A stretch of 64,000 bases of DNA, filler included, from Dirinaria sp. TL-2023a (taxonomy: Eukaryota): NCBI GenBank assembly GCA_051941275.1. It is 31 parts of 31 records of this genome, joined end to end, with 100 filler letters (N's around TTAATTAATTAA, not from the genome) between each part and the next. Parts side by side here need not be neighbours in the genome. Positions count along the whole stretch, not along the records: positions 37,608 to 39,570 come from JAVEBF010002453.1; positions 39,671 to 41,633 come from JAVEBF010002454.1; positions 41,734 to 43,695 come from JAVEBF010002455.1; positions 43,796 to 45,750 come from JAVEBF010002456.1; positions 45,851 to 47,804 come from JAVEBF010002457.1; positions 47,905 to 49,857 come from JAVEBF010002458.1; 25 more parts are not named here. The stretch is one strand, 5' to 3'. Below the pieces are notes generated by a model. That model saw nothing but the letters and a program-made list of their open reading frames with translations. It was not told the origin of the DNA and did no database searches. The translations under genes were made by a program, and so were the position numbers. Shown here one piece after another: positions 38,183 to 49,857 of this stretch. Each line of letters starts with the position of its first letter. Positions within the stretch are counted from its first letter, which is position 1.

Positions 38183-39225
38183 TTTTTCCTTTGCCTGCTG
38201 CCGGTGGAAGGGCTGTACCGATCAAGGGACGTGGATTGTGATGTATGAGAGGACGAGAAGCAGAAGAGGAGCTATTCTTTCAGACTAATTGTTCTTAGGG
38301 ATGTTCGGTGTTTGGAGAGAGAGAGAGAGAAAAGAAGAAGCGGGATTTCAGTTTTCTTGAGGAAATTTTTTCGGGACAGCGGGATCGTAACCACACCTGT
38401 GTGGTTTTTGCTTGCTTGCTTATTCAAAGCCAGCCCCCTCCTACCTTATACCAATTGCAGCGAACCTGCAGAGCAAAGCAAAGCAAAAAAAGTGAAGAAG
38501 GTTCGGAAGGGTGGGGGGAAGGACCATTTTTCCGTTAAGATATCGGCATTATTACCTCAATGTATGTAGTAGTTGCTTTTCTGAAATTTCGAGCCCGACG
38601 TAATAATAATCGGCCTTTTGCGCGTTTTCACAGGCTGGAGGTTTCGCCGGCACTACGGAGCCTCGAGCCGATGGGGCATGACTAAGCCGGCTTTTTCGGG
38701 AATTCTTGAACGGTTGTGTGCCAAGAGAAGCACGGTTCGATTGGTCCTTTTCTCCATTTATGTATGCCCGAGGAGCCGCGTGAAAAGGAGTAGAGTAAGG
38801 TATCGGATTATAGGAAGTCAGAGCCGTCGGGATCCTGATAAGGTACCTCATAACAGAACAAAAATTGACGAGATGGGGATAGGCTGGTCTATTAACGAAG
38901 AGCCAACGTCAGTTCAGCAAACCATTAGAGCTAATTTCAGTCGTGTTGAAAGCATCGGAAGAGCAACTACAAGCATGAATCGATGTGCAGATGTAGGTTA
39001 GAGCAGTAGAAGATTTAAAATATTGGTATTTCTAGAGTATCTAAGCAATTGAGCTACCCACAGTGTGCACTGAAATCCAAAACAAATTAAGCCAGAAATC
39101 TCAAAAACTCCAAAAACACATCCAAACGCCAAAGCACAAAAACAAACCCATTGTCAAACGCCAAAGCACAAGAATGGAGCCAGCTCCTCTCAACTCAAGT
39201 ATCCGCCGCTTCCTTTTCGGTCTTC

Positions 39226-39570
39226 TCAGTGATGGCGCAGGCCATGCTTCGGATGCTGTGCCTGGAAAGCCGCATACTGGTCCCGATAGCGGGACGCAGT
39301 TTCCTGCAGCCGACGAGTCTCTTCTTCCGGATCTTGCGTCCGTCCGCGTCCGCCAGCGAACCGCGGAAGGCCGCTCGCGGGATTGAAAGGGTTGAAAGTT
39401 GGCGCGGCGGCGTTAAGGATTGGACGATTGGCGGGCGGAGCGACAGCAGAAGGGACAGCCGGAGGGGGGAGCACCACACGGGGGAGAGCCATGCCGGGGA
39501 GAGCCACACGAGGGCGTTCGGACGTCAAGGCGGCTATGACCGCCGAAGAATCTTCGGGTGGTGGAAGAAT
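39226..39570 (-). CDS. 3' fragment of a Pro-rich protein
   Basis: Open frame from the contig edge; LNAAAPTFNP resembles a PAM2-type motif. Confidence 0.5.
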   Translation of the reverse strand: MLPPPEDSSAVIAALTSERPRVALPGMALPRVVLPPPAVPSAVAPPANRPILNAAAPTFNPFNPASGLPRFAGGRGRTQDPEEETRRLQETASRYRDQYAAFQAQHPKHGLRHH

Positions 39571-39670
39571 NNNNNNNNNNNNNNNNNNNNNNNNNNNNNN
39601 NNNNNNNNNNNNNNTTAATTAATTAANNNNNNNNNNNNNNNNNNNNNNNNNNNNNNNNNNNNNNNNNNNN

Positions 39671-40522
39671 AGGTTTGGATTCCTGGGCGAGGTGGTTCAA
39701 GGTATGGTTGTAGGTTCGGAAGAGGGCCCCGACGCCCTCGTATGCGCCGAACCATGCTGCGCTGCCGCCTGTTTCTCGGATCAGCGTGCCCAGCTGCCCG
39801 TGCCAGAACCCTAGGAGGCCGTGGTGCTTGAAGACGTCGGCCATTACGGCCAACGGACTTGAGCGGCGCTGGTGTAGACGAGAGGAGCCGGAGCCTGGGA
39901 CTTGCATCTGGCATTTCACGAGCTCGATGGGCGTGAGCAGGAGGGATGTGAAGGCGCCGGAGGCTGCACCACAGGCTACAAGGCCACTGAATCCCGGTGA
40001 TTTTTTCTCGTTCTTTTTTTGCTTCCTTGTGTCCTTCTCTGAGCCACAGTTTTCGAGGAAGAGTAGTATCTCCTGCGCAATCCTGTAGCTCCAGAACAGA
40101 CTGCTTGTCTCTACCGCCGCGCCAACGAGCGGCGCAGATACCCCCCGATACAGGCCTGGCAGTCCGTCTGCAAGGAACGATTTCCGGAAACAGTCCAGCG
40201 GCCCTGTGTACAGTGGAGGGAGATACAGGGGTTGTGATTGTAAGCGGACTTTCACGGTGTCGAATGGGTATTCAAGGATTTTGCCGAGGGCACCGGCGGT
40301 CTAGAAACTCTTTTTGTAAGTCGCTGCAGCTTCAATTGACGGATAGGAAGCGAGCGGTGGGGTGGTTCTTGAGGGAAGACATGGTGAGGGCCTTAAGACA
40401 AGCAGAGAGGGGCTTACGGAGCCATATGCCACGTCCTTGAGCGCCTCCGTTCCCTCCGCCTTTACAATTGCAGTTTGTTCGACCGGTAGAGAACCTTCAG
40501 GGCGGGCGGCAGTGGAGGTCAT
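39671..40522 (-). CDS. ORT1: Mitochondrial carrier, ornithine transporter-like, 3'-truncated
   Basis: GKILEYPFDTVKVRLQ, TPIELVKCQMQ, GTLIRETGGSAAWFG; one intron at about 40301-40417. Confidence 0.85.
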
Positions 40523-41733
40523 AGGGGCGATTATCCTGCCAGTACCAGCACCTCAGATGAAAGAAGGATCTCATTGTGCTGGCATATCCGGTAGAGGGTT
40601 GAGGAGGGGAAATTGGAGTCAGGGCGGTGAGTCAGCTGGGTCTGGTGGTGAAGGCAAACAGAAGAAAGCAGGTCATTGAAGCATGGTCGATGAGCCGGGT
40701 GATGGGTACGGCATCCAGTGCTGAGCTGTTCACCTTTGGCTGCGTACCTCCGCAAATGTACTGTGAGGACTCGCAGAATCAGGTGTTTGGCTTCATGTGG
40801 GATCAAAAATCAACCTCCGATGTCGCAGTAGCGCTCGAGCACGTCGCTTATTTCTCTGGATCGAGACTAGCTGCATTTGGTCTTGGCGCAAACACTGACA
40901 CCCCGCCATAGGTATGCTTAGTACGAATACTAATGTACAGTAGTAAGGCACCGTTTACTACTGTACTCTACCTTCCGACCTAAGCACATCTACTCGGCTT
41001 TCGATGGTCGTCTTGGAGTCTCGAGCTCCAGTTTAGCCCTCATCGTGCATTCCACACTGGCACGTCTAGGAGCCCCTTCCTGAACACAGCAGGAACGAAC
41101 TTCCCCGCCATCCAGCAGCCATGGCAGAAGCGGCGCCGACCTCCAGCAACCCGTCCGAGCCACAAGCTCGTAAGGTCGTTTATTGCGACGGTAAGCAAGC
41201 CCACACATCATTGCTATAGCCACAAATTGATCCCCTAGTCCAGTCTGCACACTTCCGCCAGAGGTACGCATATTGTCCTCATCGTTCCCAATGCATCTCG
41301 CCGAAAAGGCCATCGCTAAGAATTGCCAGGCTGATGCGCATAGCACGCCTTAGTACTGCGAGTATGGCGGCACTGCAAAGAAGTGCAAGGAATGGCTGGA
41401 GCAAAATCATCCGGATATGCATGAGCGGCTATACAACGAAGGTCGGCTCCATCCCGCTCATAATATCCTACACTTTCTTCTATTCGAGCCCCCTGGATCG
41501 CTGTGTGTAGTCGGGAATAGTAGCCCTGTAAAGAAGGCAGATTCGCCAGTTCGCATCTGACAGCCACACTTGCAGAAGCCATCGCATCGCAACTTTCGAC
41601 CCTGTCCGTCGATGCTCAAAAACGCGCTGCGAANNNNNNNNNNNNNNNNNNNNNNNNNNNNNNNNNNNNNNNNNNNNTTAATTAATTAANNNNNNNNNNN
41701 NNNNNNNNNNNNNNNNNNNNNNNNNNNNNNNNN

Positions 41734-42875
41734 GCCTCATCCCAGACCGCAGGCTCCGTAGAGCCAAAATTCCAATACGCATATGGGATCCCAAGCGGGG
41801 AAGCCAGATCCGCAAAATCCTCGCTCGCAGTATCGCGCTCCATTTCAAAAGCGCTGCCTTGGAAAAATTCTTTGAAAGCTTCGAAGATCGGGGCGACGAT
41901 CTCGGGACTGTTGACGGTAGGAGGGGAGGAATCGACGAGTTTGATATGCGGCGCTTCAGGAGATCTGGAAGCTGTGACCTCGGCGCAGATGGTGTTTACG
42001 ATTTCGCGATGGAGAAGATCGCGGATGGCGGGATCGTAGTTGCGCACGCTGAGTTTCATGTCGAGATGGTCGGGGATGATGTTTTCCGCTTCACCGGCGT
42101 GGATACTGCCTACGTTGATGATGGCAAACTCGTCCGGGGCGATCTTGGTGGTTATGATCTCGGGCAGGCGGGCGACGATGCGTGCGCCCATGTGGATTGG
42201 ATTGATGGCTTTGTGCGGGACCGCCCCGTGGCCTCCTTTGCCGAAGATCTTGACGTGGTATGAATCGTTCCCCGCCAGCACTGCTCCTGATCGGATGGAG
42301 ACAGTGCCGGCTTTGTGGGGGCTAACGTGCTGGCCGAGAATTACATCAGGAAGGGGGACTTTATCGTAAAGGCCATCTGCAACCATTCCAGCTGCCCCGC
42401 CGCCGGCTTCCTCGCTGGGTTGGAAGAGGCATATCAGTGTCCCGCTCCAGCAGCCCTTTGCGGAAGCCAGGAGGGAGGCCGTTGCCATCAGGACCACGGT
42501 GTGCATGTCGTGCCCACAGGCATGCATCACGGGGTATTCGACGCCATCCTCGAATACAGCTCTCTTTTCGCTCGCATAGGGTAGCCCCGTCTTCTCGAGG
42601 ATCGGTAGAGCATCCATATCTGCTCGAAGTAGAACTCGTTTACCATCACCATTGTAAAAAACCCCAACAACGCCGTGACCGCCCACGTTCTGATGGACTT
42701 TGAACCCAAGCTCGGAGAGATGCTTGGCGGGATAGGTAGCAGTCTGTCGCTCTTGTCGTGACAGTTCGGGGTTCTGATGGATCTTGCGGTAAACTTCTTC
42801 GAATGGTCCGAAATCAGGCAGGTTTTGTTGAACGACTTGTCCAAGCTCTTGACTGATGGAGGCTGTGCTGATCAT
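41734..42875 (-). CDS. M20-family amidohydrolase (hippuricase-like), intronless in the visible part, 3'-truncated
   Basis: HQNPELS, LRADMDALP, MHACGHDMH, FQPSEE, GKGGHG, ASEDF. Confidence 0.93.
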
Positions 42876-42984
42876 TAGCTATCTTCGGAGATCAATCAGC
42901 AGCAAGAAAGAGCTCACACTGGCTCTGTGCAATTTGAGCGGGCATGGTGGGGTTGGCTGCTTCGTCACGTTCAGCAGCTGATCC

Positions 42985-43026
<42 letters not shown>

Positions 43027-45024
43027 ATCTTGGAGAAAAATAGGCCGCAAATCAGACTTAGATCAAGAGAAAAATAATAATAGCTGATTTATTCAACAAC
43101 AACGCTGGATATCTTGGAAGACTAAATATCGAGGGTGAGACTGGCAGGTATGCTTCAGTTTGCGTCAAGTGGTAATGAATGAAAACATTCACAATGCGTT
43201 TCAGAGAGAAACTTGGCTGAGCTTGCGGGCTGTTTCACGGGGTCCAAACCATGAATCATGCATTCAAGCAGCAAATAGAGAGGGAAAAAACCTGAACCAT
43301 TGAGGAAGAAAATCGTAATCAAGGCGATTGTTATAGTTCCAAGACCAATGCCAGAGAAAGATCGTTGCTAAGATCTGAGCGGTATGGAACACCATTCTTA
43401 GCAAAAATGTTAGCTTCACTGCTGGTAGGGCGGGTGGAAAGTTGAAGATGAGACTCCAGGCCATGAAACAACAAAAGTTTGACATTCCTAAAAACTACGT
43501 CGTAGCTCTACTCGAAGCCAGAGCGAAACGCAAGATAGACAGTAGCATTATTGAAACTAATTTCAAGAAAATAGCTCGAAATTCATGCGTCAAGCAGAGA
43601 CTGAGAGGTATCGAACCTCCTGCCGCCCAAGTTCGGTACTTATTACAGTTCCATGATTTGGGCAGGACGTGCTTGGTACCTTGCAAAACGCTGCGNNNNN
43701 NNNNNNNNNNNNNNNNNNNNNNNNNNNNNNNNNNNNNNNTTAATTAATTAANNNNNNNNNNNNNNNNNNNNNNNNNNNNNNNNNNNNNNNNNNNNAGTCT
43801 GAACTGGCTGTTGGTTGGCGGTGTTTTGATTAATGGCGGTGGCATGCGTCTCCGACAACAAGTGAACGTCTTGGCGATAACGTGGAGAGGATCGCAATGG
43901 TAGCATGATTCTTGATGCACCTGATGCAGGTGCAGAGGGTGCTGCATTGATGCAGATGATGCAGCTATTGGTTTCTCTGATGAGTTTGCTTTTGCCTGAA
44001 GAATGTGGAGGTTTAAATTGGAACTTCTCCAACCTTTGCAGTCCAATTGGCCCCTCAGCTGCCGCGAAGATAACGCTTCACCTGACCGGAATTCGGGTTC
44101 CACCGCACATCCATAAGGCAGAAATCGTCCAACGACCTGCCTTGGAACCAAGAGACATCTATCCGGCATACCTTACTCAACGCAGTACGATACCTCATCG
44201 CGCATCCACTGAGACGCCGCCTGCTATGGCAGGGATGACGTCAAACATTTCGGTCTTACAGAAATGTAAAGTACATCGATCAATCTGCAACCCATTCGAC
44301 TGGCCCCAGCTTGGAACCTATTCGCCGTCCGCCCCGCAACGGCGATGAGGCTCATTCGATCAACAACGGTACCTATGGGATCGGGTCGTGCTGCAAACAC
44401 GGAGTACTTGCAGAGGACCTCAATTGGGATTACGGTATGCATAATTTTATGCCAAGGCTTGGCGCTCGAGAAGCCCCACCTTACATGTGCACAAACACGC
44501 ATAAGTGGGAAGATCTTCCTGTGTGTGTATGTAAACCCGTGGAATCGAAGTTCAGATGATTCAGAGGTTATACTCGGTATATGGGTTTGGTTGTGGACGA
44601 AAGTCCTATGTGGGTACGACTGAGCAGGAAAAAGAGATAAAATGGGAGGCCGGGGATGAATGGGAAAGGAAGAGGGGTTGGTGTTCATGCCAAGACTGTA
44701 AGCATGAATCCCGCTGCCTAGAGCTGATCGTGAGAGAGCTTGTATACAGTATCAAATATCCAGTATACAAGTAACGTGTGCAACGAAGTCGCTGTTCCTG
44801 TTGCCATCGGATTTCGCAAAACGAACATAATAGTAAAGACACGAAGGTGACTGCACCTGCAGGATAGCCAGCTCTCGACCTCATGCTCCGGGACCCTTTC
44901 TACTGGGACCATTCCTACGAGGGCTCGATCCGCACCAATATCTTGATTCGTCTCCAGTACTTAAAGTTGAAAATTTATCAGCACATCACGAACATCTGAA
45001 GAATCTACCATCAGAAATTCTGCA

Positions 45025-45750
45025 ATGGACAATGCAGATGACCCACCGCCACCACCATATACAGTAGACGACCCACACTCCTCGCAATGGGCCACAGCAA
45101 ATTTCACACGCCCTAATGTGACATCTCCTAATAACGAGAAAATACCTCCGACCGAAGATGAAGGGCCAATTTTTGTATCTGGAGCTGCATATTTTGCAAT
45201 GCGTCCATACGTGGGTTTGCGAGAGTTTCCACAACTAACATATCGAATCCCACTGCTTCGGAATGAGACCACAGTGTCAACATCTTTTCCGGCAAAAACC
45301 GGCGTGATGCGCGAGCGGGACTTGTGCAAAGATGATTGGCAAGCTTTTCTAAACCACCTTGACCTGCAGGCTTCCAAAGAAACAACCGCAGGCGCTTCTC
45401 GTTCCGATCAACAGCCGGTACCTACTAAGGAGTACACAAGATGCTCAAGAATCAATGCTGTTACTGCGGAGTGGAACGAAGGTTTTTTCCTACCACGGGG
45501 CTTACGGATCTCAATGGACATCGAGCCAAAGTATAAGTACTTGACAGGTGATGGAACAAGCCATTCTTCCAGTGCGCGACGGTCTGTCGAATCCTCATTA
45601 GATCACTCTACTGGTCTGGCACTATACCATGCAGTATCTCAAGGAAACGCGAAATTGGTTCAAACGCTTCTTGACAACGGTGCCAATGCGAACACAAGGC
45701 CTTCTTGCGCCAAGCCCGCTGTAACTCGAGCGGTTGAAAACAACGACTGG
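45025..45750 (+). CDS. Ankyrin-repeat protein, 3'-truncated
   Basis: PPPPY motif; ALYHAVSQGNAKLVQTLLDNGANAN ankyrin repeat. Confidence 0.8.
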
Positions 45751-45850
45751 NNNNNNNNNNNNNNNNNNNNNNNNNNNNNNNNNNNNNNNNNNNNTTAATT
45801 AATTAANNNNNNNNNNNNNNNNNNNNNNNNNNNNNNNNNNNNNNNNNNNN

Positions 45851-46888
45851 AGATCTTCGTTTTTCTCGTCTCAGAGTCGCGACGATTTCGTCTCTTCACA
45901 TATTTTGAGTACTTCGAACAAACAGAGTCGCTAATTTTGTGATTAGACTGATCACAAATATAACATCGAACATTGAAAAAAACGTCAGAAACGCTTTCAG
46001 AGATTTCGCTTCGCGAGCGATTCTAAGAGCGATTTTCGCGATCACGAGAAAAGTTGTTTCGTTCGCTCTTGTCACGTTTCACGTGATTCTCTGACTGATT
46101 CGATTCGTTTGACGACTTAAAGTTATCATTATTCTCAGTTGCAGCGAACGTGTTGCCACGCTTTTGCGAGAATTTGTTATCTTCACGATCGTTTTTACTC
46201 GTGCTGTTATTATTGAAAGAAGCATCAGACTTGTTTAACGATCTCATACTGCGTAAACGCTGCTCTATTGTCATATATTCTTGACGCACTTCGTTAATAA
46301 TTTCGTGAGGCATGTTGATCGCTTGAGACTTATAACGAATTTTATTCAGAATCTTGATTCGCAGATACATAATCTTAATAGTATTCGACGTCTCTCGATT
46401 CAATTGATGATACAAATTTTTCAAATAAATGGCAAATTCGTTTACATTTTGAGTGAATCATTGTTTGATCGATTCGATTTTCATTTCGATTTCAATGATG
46501 CGGATCTTGAACGTGATTAATCATTCTCGCACGTGAGTAACAAAATGATCTCAAATGAAAAGATCTTTAATTTCGTTTGCATGAGTGCGTCACTCATCTC
46601 GTCGCTTGTCGTTAAGTCGGGATGCAGTTTAAACGATCTTGTGACTCTCTGTGAGATAATTCAGTATGTTATCACGAAATCAATTCTCACAGTCTGCGAA
46701 TCGAATGCGAAAGTTGTTAACATTGATGACATTCTGCATCTCTGACTCTTTCACACGAGTGTTTATTTTGCGTTTGTTTCGCATTTTCTCGCGATAATGA
46801 TCATCGTTATGTTCACGACGATGTACGCGAAGACGTTCTTTCGCGAGCGATGTTTTGACTTCAGCGAGCTCAGCTCTGACTTGTAGAA
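45851..46888 (-). mobile_element. Hypermutated gag of the same Gypsy family as 1-2006
   Basis: LYHQLNRETSNTIKIMYLR..KIRYKSQAINMPH aligns to LYNQLERETPDAIKIMHLR..KIRYESQAINMPH. Confidence 0.92.
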
Positions 46889-47804
46889 TGTAACAGTGAT
46901 ACCTGATACATTGATATATATTGACCAATGCAGGCTAGCGCCGCTTGGCAGTCGGGGGTGCCCAGGGGCAATCCTTCGGGGTCTGAAGCATGACTAGCGC
47001 CGTCTAGAAGCCAGCGTCGAAAGATTGAATCTCGAGATTAACTAGAAGTCAATGAGCGATTGACGCTTATAAAGCATTGTGTCTACGAGCGCTCGTGACT
47101 CGTCAGCGCGAAGCTCGTCACGATGAGACAATGTTAACGCTCGCGATTAAGTATAAAGAATCACTCATCTTTTCGAGAAAGATTCTTAGTGATTAATTTT
47201 AGCAGAAACTACAGTATCAAATAATCATATAATCTATTACACTGTCACGTTTTTCACACAAGTACTGCGTCGACGAATAATCGACGCATACGATCTTACA
47301 GTTTTAATCACTTCAATCTTTTGAAGAGAAAGACTCGAAGTGTAATAGTGATGACGTCTTCACGTGAAGTGTCAGAGTCTCAACAATCGAAAAACGATTT
47401 TGAAATCGTTTCGAGCGATCGCTCGTTTCTCGTCGTCGCGATTTTATCAAACGACGTTGAGTCAAACAACAGTTCGAACATTTTGCGAAATGAGCTCGCT
47501 CAACGCATTCACGACTTGAAATCTCAAAATCAGCTGTTACGAAATCAACAACGATTGCGAGATCTGAAAAAAAAAAGAATCGTCAGTTAAATAGCGATCT
47601 CTTGTTTGAATTCGTCGATTCGACGACGTCTCTCTCTGTTAAAGACAAAAGCATTAAATCAGAGAAAATACGTCTCTACAAAAAAAAGAGTCAGAGCGAG
47701 CATATTAAATGATTTAAAAACGCGAAAATTAGATATTTGATGAGCTCGAAGTATTTTTCAAATGATCGCATCAAGATCGTTTTTTGTATGCAATCGTTAG
47801 AAAA
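46889..47804 (+). mobile_element. Second Gypsy element (5' LTR and degraded gag start) nested in the opposite orientation
   Basis: TGTAACAG start; coiled coil then IKSEKIRLYKKKSQSEHIK*F...DRIKIVF gag-like text. Confidence 0.65.
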
Positions 47805-47904
47805 NNNNNNNNNNNNNNNNNNNNNNNNNNNNNNNNNNNNNNNNNNNNTTAATTAATTAANNNNNNNNNNNNNNNNNNNNNNNNNNNNNNNNNNNNNNNN
47901 NNNN

Positions 47905-48433
47905 GACCTTGACTGAGGATGATAACTCGCTACTGGAATCACAGCATGTGCTTGCTTTGGCGTATCAAGCTAATGGACAAGTTCAGGAAGCAGTGGTAGT
48001 AATGGAACAAGTGGTCAAGCTCCGTGAGCAAACACTGGCTGAAGATGATGACTCTCTGCTGGCTTCGCAACATGTGCTAGCAAGAGCATATCAAGTTATT
48101 GGACAAGTCCAAAAGGCAGTGACAATTATGGAGCACGTGGTTGAGGTTAACAAGCATTCCTTAGTCGAGGATCACCCCTTTTTGCTGGCCTCACAGCATG
48201 TACTAGCAATGGCATATCAAGCTAATGGACAAGTACAAGAAGCAATTAAACTCCTGGAGCATGTCGTTAAGATTAATGAGCAAACTCTAGCTGAGGACAA
48301 TCCTCATCGACTAGAGTCACAAAATCAGCTTGCAACAGTACGTCGAGCCATTGGGCAGGCTCAGGAGGTAGGACACTGGTCGACCACGGCCAAAATCCGT
48401 GAGCAGACCCTTGCCAATCATCATCAGGATTGA
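47905..48433 (+). CDS. C-terminal 42-aa TPR repeats, kinesin-light-chain type (probable NLR-like protein)
   Basis: Repeated LAEDxxxLLASQHVLAxAYQANGQVQEA units. Confidence 0.88.
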
Positions 48434-48672
48434 CTGGCATCCCAACACCAACTTTCAATAATCTGATGCAATCAAAGACGATTTCAACACTCAATTAAGA
48501 TGATGCGCAACGTAGGGAGACATTTTAATCTAGAACACAAGGATATGTAAAACAGATCTTGATATGAAAACCTCATTTGCTTTTCAGGAGGGTATTCGAT
48601 TGTCTAGACAGATAAAAGACGTCTCTTGACTTCTCAGGCTCCTCAAATAGCGCCGAGATTATCAACTATTCT

Positions 48673-49857
48673 TCAGTATTTTTTCAAATTGCAGAGCCAA
48701 TGAAAGTTACGAAAATCCTTAGGTTCAGAACCGTCTAAAATAACATTGCCTATAGCCTTCTTTACTCTATCCAGAATGAGCCACATGTTCTGGGGAAGAG
48801 CTGGAAAATTTACAACTCCATTTACTTGAGGAAAGCCCCACTTCATGCAAGCACTGGTCCAAATGTGCTGGAAAACCTGACAGCAGGTATCCCATTGCCA
48901 CTTTGCCATCGGCCCTCCATGGTAGAATATGAATCTTGCTAGAACTGAACTGTACTGGGTCTGGTATTTCGTCATATTTTCTTCGTTTTCCCCATTCCAA
49001 ACGAATCTTGTCAGTCTATTTTCATTCTTTTGATCATCCAGATCTTGAATCAGCTGAACCTCTCTCTTCTGAAGATCCCATTTGATCATTCCATGGAATC
49101 TGATTCTAAGACTGGGTGTTGCGGATCTGTGTTTGATAATATCAGTAAAGTATTTTGATGGCAGAAGTCGAGTGATAGAATGAATCATGAACCGTCACAT
49201 TGGCCAAAAAAAATTATCTGGCATCAAGGAACACTAACAGATGTGGGGGAGAGAGTGAAGATCAAATCATACCGGAAAAGACAGAGTGGTTTCAAGTGTG
49301 CTTCGCTTGCGAGTTGGCGAAGGCATATTTCCATACTCTGATCTGGAGAGAGAGCTTCTTTTCTGTTGTGCTATCATTTAAATTAGTAAAGAGAAATGCT
49401 ATTCGACCATTTACCCTAAATACCTCTATTTTATCGCCACAACGATTCTTTGAACTATATGTGGAGCTTCCAGATTCGTAACTCCACTCCCTTTTCCGTG
49501 GATCATCTACGGCAGCCACCTTCTGTCCATCTGGTAAATTTACTGGACCATTTGGCCAAGCTGAATCAATCAGGATTCCGGTGAGTTTGCAGCGAGCCAC
49601 TCGATGTCCATTAATGTCGTAATATTCGAAATCAAAATGTGGCAATTCTTCGAGGTGCAAACTCACTTGAACAGCGACGGAAGTACCACGCCCAGGCTGG
49701 ATTGATAATAAGGACAGATCTTCTGTGATCGAATTTTGGATATCACTATTGGTGACTTTTCCTTTCCTCAAGGTTTTGGGGTCATCCAACAAGTCCGCAT
49801 ACGAGACGTCTGATTTGTGTAAAAGATAATCAACCATCCAAAAGGTTGTGTAGGGAG
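48673..49857 (-). CDS. Hypothetical protein, 5'-truncated, probably spliced
   Basis: Two same-strand ORFs (49292-49837, 48673-49188) separated by an intron-sized gap. Confidence 0.55.

Noticed and set aside
41734..42875. Bacterial contig or recent horizontal transfer of the intronless amidohydrolase
   Set aside because: The family is common in fungi and the upstream DNA, with a long poly-A tract and no operon, looks eukaryotic. A phylogeny would be needed.
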